A stretch of DNA of 64,000 nt, from NCBI GenBank assembly GCA_020635175.1, contig JACKAH010000003.1:3-64002 (forward strand), in the 5' to 3' direction. This DNA is from Deltaproteobacteria bacterium (GTDB taxonomy: Bacteria; Bdellovibrionota_C; UBA2361; J135). Under the pieces are notes generated by a model. It saw only the letters and a list, made by a program, of their open reading frames with translations. It was not told the DNA's origin and did no database searches. Made by a program: the position numbers and the translations under genes. Of this stretch, positions 1-10,010 are shown piece by piece. Within the stretch, counting starts at the first letter, position 1. Each line of letters opens with the position of its first letter.

Positions 1-2
1 TG

Positions 3-2255
3 TCCAACAGTACCCTGATCTCTTCCCATGGAGTTTTACAGTCTGAACTCGTCCATGACTCGGTTGTATCAGAAGATGGAGGAATTTGGAATTCGCATCT
101 TGCATCGATCTTTAGCAGCACTGACTCTTATGTTGTCTATGACCTTGGAGAAAGTCACAATCTTAAAGCAGGTTACATTCAGGCGGATAATAACGATTAT
201 TATGATGTCTCTATATCTGATGATTCAATTAACTGGAGAACTCTTTGGACCGTCCCTGCGGTAAATGAACCTGGGCTTAGGCCTCGCATTGCTAAGTTCA
301 ATGACAAGGCAAGATTTATAAAAGTTTCCGCAATTGATGGTGATGGAAGCTTTAGTATTACTGAGCTACAGTTATTTTGCCAAACCCCTCAAGGAATGCC
401 GTTTAATACGCTAAGAAATTTGGGCGTCGCTAGGGGAGAAATCCTACTTTCTCATTTAAAGTTACTACTAGGGCTGATTTTATTTGCAGCCCTCCTGAAT
501 TTTAAACCGAAAAACGAAACATTGCTCTCAAAAGGACTTAGCTTTCTGTCAGCTTTGGCTCATTTAACAGCTATCTACTTTTTTGTTGAGCTGCTTTTAC
601 TCTTTCTTAATGGCTATGGCTTTGGGTATATGCAGATAGCCTTTTCCAAAGCACTTATTGCAGCTGCCGCGTTGGGAATTCTCTTTCTATCAATGTTAAA
701 ACGAGAAAGTCTAAGCTTTAGAAACATTTCTCTGAGTATTTTAGCTGCGCTTAGTATCTTTGCTTACACTAACTACGGTGAACTTCACTTTACTAACCAT
801 ATCTCGGGCAAGAAGACCTTTGTGCACCTTTTTGACATGCGCGTTTATTTTCCAACTGCAAAGTATTTTCCGGAGCTTAAATACGATGGACTATATTTAG
901 GAAGCTTAGCTGCGTATCTTGAAGATAAATTTCCTGGCTGGAGAGATAAGCCTGAATTAGAAGAGCAGATTCGATACGACTTAAAGGGAGTCAGAGTTAG
1001 AGATCTACATGACTATACAGTGACTACTGCTGATACCCTTTTCCCAGAGATAAGAGAGTTTCCAGATCGATTCAGTTCGAATCGTTGGGAAGAGTTTCTA
1101 CAGGATATGATCTGGTTTGTTCGAACGATGGGTGATTCTGATTATTTGGGTACGTTGGCAGATCATGGTGGTAACGCAGCTCCTGGTTGGATGTTTCTTT
1201 CTTATCTGCTTTTTAATAACTTTGACGCTAGTCAACTATCATTGACGTTACTAGGGTTAATAGATCCTTTATTGTTAATTCTATTGTTTGTTTCAATAGC
1301 AAGAACATTTGGACTTCAAACAGCACTTGTTGCCGCAATTATCTTTGGAACAACTGATTTTGCAAAATTTGGAGCAACCCTCGTTGGATCAACATTACGG
1401 TATGACTGGTTTTGTGCTCTTGGTTTTGCTGCTTGCGCCATAAAAGTGCGTAGGTATTTCTTAGGAGGTGCACTGCTTGGTCTATCCGCGATGATTAGAG
1501 TTTTCCCGGTTGCAGCCTTGGTTGGAGTCGTCTTGTGTTCAATTTATGCCCTAGGTCGTGATATTTTCAGTCGTCGCATATTTAACCCAAAGAAACTTTG
1601 GATCAGACATCGAGCACCAATTCATATTGGAGTTGGTGGAGCTGCTGTGATTGCAGCATTATTTATTGGTTCTACAGCTTTGTTTTCTTATCCGAATTCT
1701 TGGGGGATGTGGCTATCAAAGATCGGTCATCACGCAACAAAACCAAATGTGAATCATGTAGCCCTTAGGACCATCGTTGGCTATAAGCCTGAGTTGGTTG
1801 CTCAAAAAATCATGCAGAAAGATAACCCAGAGCCTTGGATTAAATGGCAGGAGGAGCAAAAAAACACGCTTGAGCAACGCTCTCTTTATCTAAAACTTGG
1901 GACTTTCTTTGGCTTAGGGCTAATCTTTCTAGCGGCGCGTAGAAAAAGACTCTATCAAGCAGCTATGCTAGGAATGTTGTTAGTGCCATTCATCTCTTAT
2001 CCAGCAAATTACTACTACCATTATATTGCATTGCTGCCATTGGTAGCTCCATTTGTTGCAAATAGGAGATATCTGCCAAATTTAGTCTCTATTTCGCTAC
2101 TATTAGTTTGTGCTTTGCAGTATAGAACCCTGCTTGAGCCTTGGGCGGATGTATGCTTTACCTGGCAAAGCTTTCTTTTATTAGGTGCATTTGTATTTAT
2201 ACCCCTGACATTCATCGTTTCTCAGACTATTCTAGCAAGGCAATGCAAGGCTTAA
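3..2255 (+). CDS. Discoidin (F5/8 type C-like) domain plus multi-TM GT-C (GT87/DUF2029-like) glycosyltransferase, 5'-partial
   Basis: The frame from base 3 is open into the track ORF at 396 (SNSTLISSHG...YDLGESHNLKAGYIQADNNDYY...ARFIKVSAIDGDGSFSITELQLF...QGMPFN). It shares motifs AKY-PEL-Y, DHG-N--P-W, GS-LR-DW, R-FP and YYY with the next gene. Confidence 0.7.
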   Translation, partial: SNSTLISSHGVLQSELVHDSVVSEDGGIWNSHLASIFSSTDSYVVYDLGESHNLKAGYIQADNNDYYDVSISDDSINWRTLWTVPAVNEPGLRPRIAKFNDKARFIKVSAIDGDGSFSITELQLFCQTPQGMPFNTLRNLGVARGEILLSHLKLLLGLILFAALLNFKPKNETLLSKGLSFLSALAHLTAIYFFVELLLLFLNGYGFGYMQIAFSKALIAAAALGILFLSMLKRESLSFRNISLSILAALSIFAYTNYGELHFTNHISGKKTFVHLFDMRVYFPTAKYFPELKYDGLYLGSLAAYLEDKFPGWRDKPELEEQIRYDLKGVRVRDLHDYTVTTADTLFPEIREFPDRFSSNRWEEFLQDMIWFVRTMGDSDYLGTLADHGGNAAPGWMFLSYLLFNNFDASQLSLTLLGLIDPLLLILLFVSIARTFGLQTALVAAIIFGTTDFAKFGATLVGSTLRYDWFCALGFAACAIKVRRYFLGGALLGLSAMIRVFPVAALVGVVLCSIYALGRDIFSRRIFNPKKLWIRHRAPIHIGVGGAAVIAALFIGSTALFSYPNSWGMWLSKIGHHATKPNVNHVALRTIVGYKPELVAQKIMQKDNPEPWIKWQEEQKNTLEQRSLYLKLGTFFGLGLIFLAARRKRLYQAAMLGMLLVPFISYPANYYYHYIALLPLVAPFVANRRYLPNLVSISLLLVCALQYRTLLEPWADVCFTWQSFLLLGAFVFIPLTFIVSQTILARQCKA

Positions 2256-4339
2256 TTACTAAAATATTCATTCTTCTTTTCTTCTTACCACTTTCTCTCT
2301 TTGCAGAGGAGGTGCCTAATCTTGCATACAACAAAACGATTCGCTCTTTTGAGACAAGCGGTGATATAAATCGTGTTGTTGATAGTTCACTTGCAGAGAC
2401 AGGTGGCCGTTGGAACGGAGATTATTCAGTCGTACTTCATTCTATCAATTCATCAATTACAATTGATTTTGGTGAGGTTCAAAATTTTAGAGCATTTCTA
2501 ATTCAAGCAGACAATAACGATGTCTATCTTGTCGAAGGCTCTAGTGATGGCGTTAACTGGCATCTTTTTCATCGCTTCTTACCGCTAGAGGGCATGCAAG
2601 GATTGCAGATACAGCATGCTGAATATCAAGATCCGTACTCTGCTCGTTATATACGGCTAAGGGCATCACACGGAGACCAAGCGTATAGTATTTCAGAGTT
2701 TCAAGCCTTCGAAATCAAACCAACCGAATGGTTCGAGCATCTTGATTCAAACCAGACAACTTTAAAGCGACTCTTGCCTACAGCTATGCTGACACAAGAG
2801 AGAGCTGATTTAATCAAGCAGGGATTATGTGTTCTTGGTTTAATCGTACTTGTCTGGACAGCACTTTTAAGAATTTTAGGGCGTGATGAGATTCATCGAA
2901 AAGCAAGGAATATAGTTTTTATCCTAGCTGGAATCCTAGCTGGAGTTTTCTGGTTTAACGGATTTCGTTTTCATTTCTCTGGATACGTTCACCACTGGGA
3001 TTTTTATCATTATTACATAGGTGCAAAATACGCTCCTGAACTAGGTTATAACCTAATCTATGATTGTGGGGTCGTTGTTGATTTAGAAGATGGATTTAGT
3101 AAGGCTGCTGAAGGACGCAAGTATCGAAACTTGAGAACAAATTCAATTGAATTGATTGATCACTTAACAAAAAATCCTCGAGTTTGTACTGATCATTTCT
3201 CAAAGGAGCGTTGGCAGGAATTTAAGCACGATGTTGTTTACTTTAGAGACAAAATGTCTCGTGATAGGTGGCAGAGACTGCACTTAGATCATGGATTTAA
3301 TGGCACACCCGTTTGGACAATCTTAGGATATATTTTATCTAGTACAGGGCCAGCTTCTGATAATCAGATCCTATGGCTTGCAGTAATTGATTCTGTTCTT
3401 GTTTCTGTGATGTGGCTTTTTGTGCTGTGGGCCTTTGGTTGGGAAGCGATGTGCGTTGGCCTTTTGTATTGGGGTACGAACTATCCTGCACGTTTTTGGT
3501 GGACGGGAGGATCTTTTCTGCGTCAAGATTGGCTCTTTTGGTCCGTAATCGGGGTCTGCTTTCTAAAGAAGAACTTTCATACGCTTGCAGGGTTTAGTTT
3601 GGTTTATGCTACCTTGCTTCGAATTTTTCCTGGTGCTTTGCTGGTGCCACTATTTTTTAAGTATCTTATTGATACGATAAAACAGAAAAGTATTCTTCCA
3701 AATCCAGGTCAAAGACGTTTTGCTATCGGTGCCATAGGTGGGGGAGTAATCTTGGTAGCGCTTTCGTTTTTGCCGTCTCAAGATAAGGATGTTTGGAAAG
3801 GTTTTATTTACAATAGCAAGAAACATTTAGAGACCCCATTAACTAACAACATGGGTCTTAAAACAGTCACAAAGTTCCAATTTGATCATCGTGCAAGATT
3901 TGCTGCTGATGATGTTCAATCTGATCCATTTTATGATTGGAAGAGGGAGCAACTTGAAACATTTCAAGAGCGTAAGCTTATTTACTTCGCGATTGTTTTA
4001 GCCTTTTTGTTTCTGTTGATTAAGGCCTCTTGCAAGAACCCTGATTGGGTCGGCGCTGCGCTTGGTGCAGGACTTGTCCCTATCGCTACAGAGCTTACCT
4101 GTTATTACTATAGTATCTTAGCGATCCTTGGTTTTCTCTGGATTAAGCAGATGAGGGTAGGGATAATCTTGCTAGTATTTTCTTGGCTCTCGTATTTTAT
4201 AGCAGAATTTTGGGAGCCGTATGATGAGCACTTCGTATATATCAGCGCGGTGTGTGTAGTGATGGTATTTTATTTCGTCTATCTATTTAGTCAGAGCAAG
4301 GCCCCTTCCTTATCATCCTCAAATGAAATGACTGAGTAG
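2243..4339 (+). CDS. Signal peptide, discoidin-like domain and multi-TM GT-C glycosyltransferase; paralog of the upstream gene
   Basis: Track ORF 2141..4339. ATG 2243 gives signal peptide MQGLITKIFILLFFLPLSLFA and overlaps the upstream stop. Motifs IQADNNDVY, ARYIRLRASHGD, HHWDFYHYYIGAKYAPELGY, DHGFNGTPVW and GGSFLRQDW, plus many TM segments. Confidence 0.7.
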   Translation: MQGLITKIFILLFFLPLSLFAEEVPNLAYNKTIRSFETSGDINRVVDSSLAETGGRWNGDYSVVLHSINSSITIDFGEVQNFRAFLIQADNNDVYLVEGSSDGVNWHLFHRFLPLEGMQGLQIQHAEYQDPYSARYIRLRASHGDQAYSISEFQAFEIKPTEWFEHLDSNQTTLKRLLPTAMLTQERADLIKQGLCVLGLIVLVWTALLRILGRDEIHRKARNIVFILAGILAGVFWFNGFRFHFSGYVHHWDFYHYYIGAKYAPELGYNLIYDCGVVVDLEDGFSKAAEGRKYRNLRTNSIELIDHLTKNPRVCTDHFSKERWQEFKHDVVYFRDKMSRDRWQRLHLDHGFNGTPVWTILGYILSSTGPASDNQILWLAVIDSVLVSVMWLFVLWAFGWEAMCVGLLYWGTNYPARFWWTGGSFLRQDWLFWSVIGVCFLKKNFHTLAGFSLVYATLLRIFPGALLVPLFFKYLIDTIKQKSILPNPGQRRFAIGAIGGGVILVALSFLPSQDKDVWKGFIYNSKKHLETPLTNNMGLKTVTKFQFDHRARFAADDVQSDPFYDWKREQLETFQERKLIYFAIVLAFLFLLIKASCKNPDWVGAALGAGLVPIATELTCYYYSILAILGFLWIKQMRVGIILLVFSWLSYFIAEFWEPYDEHFVYISAVCVVMVFYFVYLFSQSKAPSLSSSNEMTE

Positions 4340-4366
4340 AAAGGGGCAGAGCTCAAGTAATTACGC

Positions 4367-5671
<1,305 letters not shown>

Positions 5672-5684
5672 CTATTGCTCCTCT

Positions 5685-6605
5685 TTATTTTTTAGTAGCA
5701 GTTAACATAAAAACTTTAGAATCAGGGCCGAAGTGGCTAATCTCCACATCGCAGAACCCTGCCTCCAAAATCCAACGCGTAAAATCATTTGTATTGAAGC
5801 CAAGCCACTTATCAGCATAGCGCTCACTCATAAGCTGGTTGTTGTGCTCAACTAAATCGACGACCAATATTTTGCCACCTTTCTTTACAATTCGATAAAT
5901 ATCAGCCAAAGCATCTGGGGGATAGGTAACGTGGTGCAGCACCATGTGTGCTAGGGCTAAATCTATCTTGTTATCTGATATTGGAAGATGCTCCAGATAG
6001 CCTAATCTTAGCTCCACATCAAACTCTTTTAGTTTCTGCTCGGCTTCATGAAGCATCGCTCCAGAGTAATCAACTCCAATTGTTTTACCACTACGCGGTA
6101 ATAGTTCTTTTAGGAATATTCCCGAACCACAACCAAGCTCAACAATTGTTGCCTCGTCTGGGATAAGATCGGTAAGTTTTCCAAGGTATGAGCCGGTGTT
6201 GATTTTATCTTCTCTGATGTTTTCCCACTCTGATGCGATTGAATCAAAGAACTCTTTTGCCTCATCTCGGCGTTTTTCTAGAAGTACGCGCGCTCTTTCG
6301 CTGTCGTCATCTAAGATTTTAGGAAGGGTAGAGCCGTTAGTGTTGTGAAGTTCGATGAAATTCTTTGCAATCAAGCTTGCAGGAGATGTGGTGTTATCTA
6401 AATGGTAGTAATTCCAGGTGCCTTCCTTTTTATGTTTTATAATCCCAGCTCTTTCTAGGATCTTAAGGTGGTGAGATACGTTTGATTGAGCACCGCCGAT
6501 AATTTGGTGCAACTCTCCTACGTTTAGACTTCCAAGACTTAATGCACTTATGAGTCTTAGGCGAGTTTCATCACTCATGGCTTTATATATTGAGGTCAGC
6601 TCCAT
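5685..6605 (-). CDS. sahR: ArsR-family HTH fused to class I SAM-methyltransferase domain (SahR-type regulator)
   Basis: N-terminal ArsR HTH (DETRLRLI...QSNVSHHLKILERAG) and C-terminal ELGCGSG...GVDYS...MVLHH. It lies 13 bp upstream of ahcY, the known SahR-ahcY arrangement. Confidence 0.8.
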   Translation of the reverse strand: MELTSIYKAMSDETRLRLISALSLGSLNVGELHQIIGGAQSNVSHHLKILERAGIIKHKKEGTWNYYHLDNTTSPASLIAKNFIELHNTNGSTLPKILDDDSERARVLLEKRRDEAKEFFDSIASEWENIREDKINTGSYLGKLTDLIPDEATIVELGCGSGIFLKELLPRSGKTIGVDYSGAMLHEAEQKLKEFDVELRLGYLEHLPISDNKIDLALAHMVLHHVTYPPDALADIYRIVKKGGKILVVDLVEHNNQLMSERYADKWLGFNTNDFTRWILEAGFCDVEISHFGPDSKVFMLTATKK

Positions 6606-6634
6606 TGAAGATATTATCGCTTAGTTTTATCGAT

Positions 6635-6654
6635 ATATCAATATGTATCGATAT
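6635..6654. promoter_or_regulatory. Candidate SahR operator (20-bp imperfect palindrome)
   Basis: ATATCAATATGTATCGATAT (ATATCnAT-N4-ATnGATAT), about 30-50 bp upstream of the sahR start. Confidence 0.55.
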
Positions 6655-7001
6655 ATTGTTTTGAGATCCTATTTTTGGTGACTAAAAGAGTCTAAGTGTT
6701 TGAATTTAAAGGAAGCGCTTTAGTAACATATGTGAAAATTTCACAATTTAAGCTTGGATCCTATTTTGCAATATCAGTTAATTGTGTTGGAGGTTAGTCC
6801 CTCTGGTTTATGTTGTTTGGAACTATTGACTATTATGGGTATGAAATTGGGTGCATTTACTAAAAATAACGCTAAAAGATTTAGCAATAATAGTGAGTTA
6901 CCTAGCCACCTCTTAGCACACACTAACCCTTTGACCCTTATCTCTTTTCCCCCGATGACCCCATGACCCCATAAAATCGTTGTATGAAAAGAGTGCTGCC
7001 T

Positions 7002-7038
7002 AAAGCGAGCTGATCTGACCCCCAGCTCGCTTTTTTTT
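7002..7038 (+). terminator. Intrinsic terminator
   Basis: Stem GCGAGCTG/CAGCTCGC with 10-nt loop ATCTGACCCC, followed by T8. Confidence 0.75.
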
Positions 7039-7048
7039 ATCTAGCTTC

Positions 7049-7168
7049 CTGTCATCACGATTAGTTCGCCTATGGCGAACGACTTGGTGATCTGACTCTA
7101 GACGCAACATGGCTCAGACACCAAGAGATTGCCACGTTTCGCCCTAAGGGGCTCACTCGCAATGACAG
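7049..7168. repeat. Palindromic REP/RPE-like element (GTCAT...GAGATTGCCACG...CTCGCAATGAC type)
   Basis: Ends CTGTCAT...ATGACAG. The right arm GAGATTGCCACGT...CTCGCAATGAC matches a widespread intergenic palindrome type; the left arm is degenerate. Confidence 0.6.
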
Positions 7169-7286
7169 TGCGCGAACAACGATTCTAGTGAATTCCGATC
7201 AGGTTTTCTTGAAATTTGGTACCTGAGATTCCACCCATCCTTTCCTAACCCCTTAATTACATTGGTAAAACTATTTTTTAGATTTG

Positions 7287-7315
7287 TTGCATTTTAGGTA
7301 ACATCTGGGTAAAAT
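7287..7315 (+). promoter_or_regulatory. Sigma70-type promoter
   Basis: TTGCAT (7287-7292), exactly 17 nt, then TAAAAT (7310-7315). Confidence 0.55.
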
Positions 7316-7321
7316 ACCCAC

Positions 7322-7440
7322 ATAACTTTTGGTACAGTGGTTGCAGTAATGTAGCCTTGTATTGAAGATTACTCCTTAACCAACACATATATTCAGACTA
7401 CTTGTCGAGAGCCGATACTGACCATATCGGCTCTTTTTTT
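7322..7440 (+). ncRNA. Putative ~120-nt small RNA
   Basis: Bounded by the promoter above and a terminator. Has an internal hairpin (TGGTT/AACCA, AGTAAT/ATTACT) and no sizeable ORF. Confidence 0.45.
7408..7440 (+). terminator. Intrinsic terminator
   Basis: Stem AGAGCCGATA/TATCGGCTCT with loop CTGACCA, followed by a T7 run. Confidence 0.8.
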
Positions 7441-7456
7441 ATGTGGTTTCAGCTAG

Positions 7457-7851
7457 TTATGATCTCAAAAGGTGCAGTCTGTCGCTAGGACTAAATATTC
7501 CCGTAAATATTTGAACGGAATCGTAGGGGCAATGAGATTTGAGAGGGAAATATGAAATGGTTAGAGAAGCGATAACGCAAAGCAACACTCGAGCTGAGTG
7601 TTGGGCTAGAGGAGGGGATCGCGGCGGTCGAGCGACGACAGTAGATGTCGGCATGCCGCGATCCCCTTCCTCTGGGTTTTTAGGAGTGCACACAGAGTCG
7701 GCCTTTTGTTTTAAGTCCAAGAAGGGGGACAGTCGTTTTGACTATCTGGCCACCCGATCTCAGACTTCAGCTAGATCCGCATAGGGTCTCCTTGCATGGA
7801 GTTGCTGAAGCGACTAGATAACTATTGCTTTAGACATCTAGTCGCCTCAGC
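7457..7851. other. GC-rich multi-hairpin segment (unidentified structured RNA or mobile-element remnant)
   Basis: Hairpins at 7583-7603, 7606-7675 (with nested CGACA/TGTCG), 7728-7746 and 7804-7851. Confidence 0.35.
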
Positions 7852-8065
7852 GTACCAATAGCAGATCAGGCCAAATTCTGTGGCTCCAATCAACAATCAG
7901 CTATGAACCTATGAAAAAAAGAATATCGAAAAACCTTATGCGTCTATGACGCTTCTCTAATAATAGTTATAGGTAAAGGTTCAGGTCTTGTAGCAATTTT
8001 ATAAGATTCTCAGATAAGTGCCTGATATGACATTGTATTAGAAACTATGCTAATTTAGCCCCAGG

Positions 8066-8758
8066 ATGAAAGAAGGTACGTTATATATAGTTGCAACCCC
8101 GATAGGAAATTTAGCTGATATATCTGAGCGAGCTAAAGAGATCCTGTCAGAAGTTGATGCAATTTTAGCCGAGGATACTCGACACACAGGAAAGCTACTG
8201 GCCCACCTCGGAATTAAAACAAAGATGGTGAGCTATCATGATCATAACGAGAAAGGCCGGGTTCCTGAGATCATTGAGCGTTTAAAGCAGGGGGAAAAGA
8301 TGGCATTGGTTTCCGATGCTGGCACCCCATGCATATCTGATCCTGGATATCGAATCGTGCACGCCTGTAGGGAAGAGGGAGTTTCTGTTAGTACAGCTCC
8401 AGGTCCAAACGCTGCACTTGCAGCTCTTTCAATTAGTGGGCTTCCCACAGATAGATTTACCTTTGAAGGTTTTTTGCCGCCAAAGGGAGCAAAGCGCACG
8501 AAAAGAATCGAAAAGATTTTAGCCTCCGATTGTACGTCGATCGTTTATGAATCAACTCATAAGATTCAAAAGTTAGTAGATGAGGTTGCGCAGCTGGATC
8601 CCGAACGGAAGCTCTTTATCGCGCGTGAGTTAACAAAGATGTACGAAGAAACTCTTCACGGTACTGCCAGTGAAATCGCAAAGCAGATCTCAGAGCGAAA
8701 AGGTTTAAAAGGCGAAATTGTAGTTATATTTGAACGAGTTTCTGAGTCGAAGAACTAA
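8066..8758 (+). CDS. rsmI: 16S rRNA (cytidine1402-2'-O)-methyltransferase
   Basis: Motifs LYIVATPIGNLADIS, AEDTRHT, LVSDAGTPCISDPG and RELTKMYEE. Confidence 0.95.
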   Translation: MKEGTLYIVATPIGNLADISERAKEILSEVDAILAEDTRHTGKLLAHLGIKTKMVSYHDHNEKGRVPEIIERLKQGEKMALVSDAGTPCISDPGYRIVHACREEGVSVSTAPGPNAALAALSISGLPTDRFTFEGFLPPKGAKRTKRIEKILASDCTSIVYESTHKIQKLVDEVAQLDPERKLFIARELTKMYEETLHGTASEIAKQISERKGLKGEIVVIFERVSESKN

Positions 8759-9903
8759 ACTCTCTCAATAATCGTCGCAATTCCCATACCGAGCCCAATA
8801 CACATGGTGATCAGAGCGTAGCGTTTCTCTTCTCTCTCTAGTTCATCAAGTGCTGTTCCGATTAACATTGCTCCAGTAGCACCTAGTGGGTGACCTAGCG
8901 AGATTCCGCCACCATTTACGTTTACCTTCGCATGGTCCAGCTCCATTTGGCGCATCATGAATATTGGCACCGGGGCGAACGCTTCGTTTATCTCCCAGAT
9001 GTCAATTTTATCTTTAGTAAGTCCGGCTTTATGAAGAGCTTTTTCACTAGCTGCAACAGGTCCAGTCAACATTAGGTTAGGATCTGATCCAACACTTACG
9101 GTAGCAACAACTCTAGCGCGAGGTTCTAATCCAAATTCTTTTGCCTTAGATTCATTCATTAAAAGGATTGCAGCGGACCCATCTACGATTGCAGATGCAT
9201 TTCCAGCTGTAATAACACCATCTTCTTTAAAGACAGGCTTTAATCCTGATAGTTTTTCAGTAGTAGTTTCAGGGCGGACGTTATCATCTATCGATGTAGT
9301 TTGTTGTTTGCCGTCTTCGTCAGTGTAATCAACTGCGATAACGCTGCTTTTGAAATATCCTTTATCTAATGCATTCTTTGCACGCATATGTGAGTGGTAA
9401 GAGAATTCATCCATCTCTTCACGTGATATCTTATAAGCTTCAGCAAGTCTTTCAGCAGCTAATCCTTGGTGTACAAGGTCAGGGTAATTCTCTTTTAGCA
9501 TTGGGCTAGTCTCACCACCACAATCGCTAAACATTGGCACTCGTGTCATGTGTTCAATGCCACCGGAGATTACAATCTCTTGATTTCCAGATTGAATGCC
9601 CAGTGCGGCAAAGTTTGTTGCTTGTTGTCCAGATCCACAAAGACGATTTACAGTAGTCCCAGAGATGGTCTCAGGAAATCCTGCAGCCAGGATACCTGCA
9701 CGTGCGATACACCAACCCTGTTCATCAGTTTGTGTAACACAACCAGCGATAACATCTTCGACTTGATTAACATCAAAGTTATTTCTATTTCTTATCGCTT
9801 TAAGAGAGTTTGCGTAAAGGTCGACGGGGTGTACAGAAAGGAACTTTCCTTTTCTTCTAGCGCGTGGAGTTCTAACAGCATCGATTATAAAAGCATCAGT
9901 CAT
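8755..9903 (-). CDS. Acetyl-CoA C-acyltransferase (thiolase)
   Basis: Motifs NRLCGSG, GNASAIVDG, NEAFA, GHPLGATG and CIGLGMG. Confidence 0.95.
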   Translation of the reverse strand: MTDAFIIDAVRTPRARRKGKFLSVHPVDLYANSLKAIRNRNNFDVNQVEDVIAGCVTQTDEQGWCIARAGILAAGFPETISGTTVNRLCGSGQQATNFAALGIQSGNQEIVISGGIEHMTRVPMFSDCGGETSPMLKENYPDLVHQGLAAERLAEAYKISREEMDEFSYHSHMRAKNALDKGYFKSSVIAVDYTDEDGKQQTTSIDDNVRPETTTEKLSGLKPVFKEDGVITAGNASAIVDGSAAILLMNESKAKEFGLEPRARVVATVSVGSDPNLMLTGPVAASEKALHKAGLTKDKIDIWEINEAFAPVPIFMMRQMELDHAKVNVNGGGISLGHPLGATGAMLIGTALDELEREEKRYALITMCIGLGMGIATIIERV

Positions 9904-10010
9904 TTACGTACCTCCGTAAAAGTAATGCCAGATTATAAGCAGAAATGAAGCTAGAGATCCAGTTCGTCCAGCTTTCTTAGTTCAAATAAGCTACTGTGAT
10001 TGATTAATAA

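Noticed and set aside
28-264. Track ORF of 78 aa
   Set aside because: Out-of-frame shadow; the frame starting at base 3 is continuous with the 396..2255 ORF and encodes a recognisable discoidin-like domain.
6754-6966. 70-aa ORF in the intergenic region
   Set aside because: TTG start without a clear RBS, no recognisable motifs, and it ends in a C-run repeat.
7606-7675. Possible tmRNA, RNase P RNA, 6S, SRP, or SAM/cobalamin/c-di-GMP riboswitch
   Set aside because: Only short fragments match (GCATGCCG, ACGCAAAGC). There is no tRNA-like 3' end or tag frame, no GAGGAAAGTCC, no SRP loop and no complete aptamer core.
7457-7784. Overlapping ORFs 7457..7720 (-) and 7539..7784 (+)
   Set aside because: They arise from GC-rich palindromic sequence; the composition is not protein-like.
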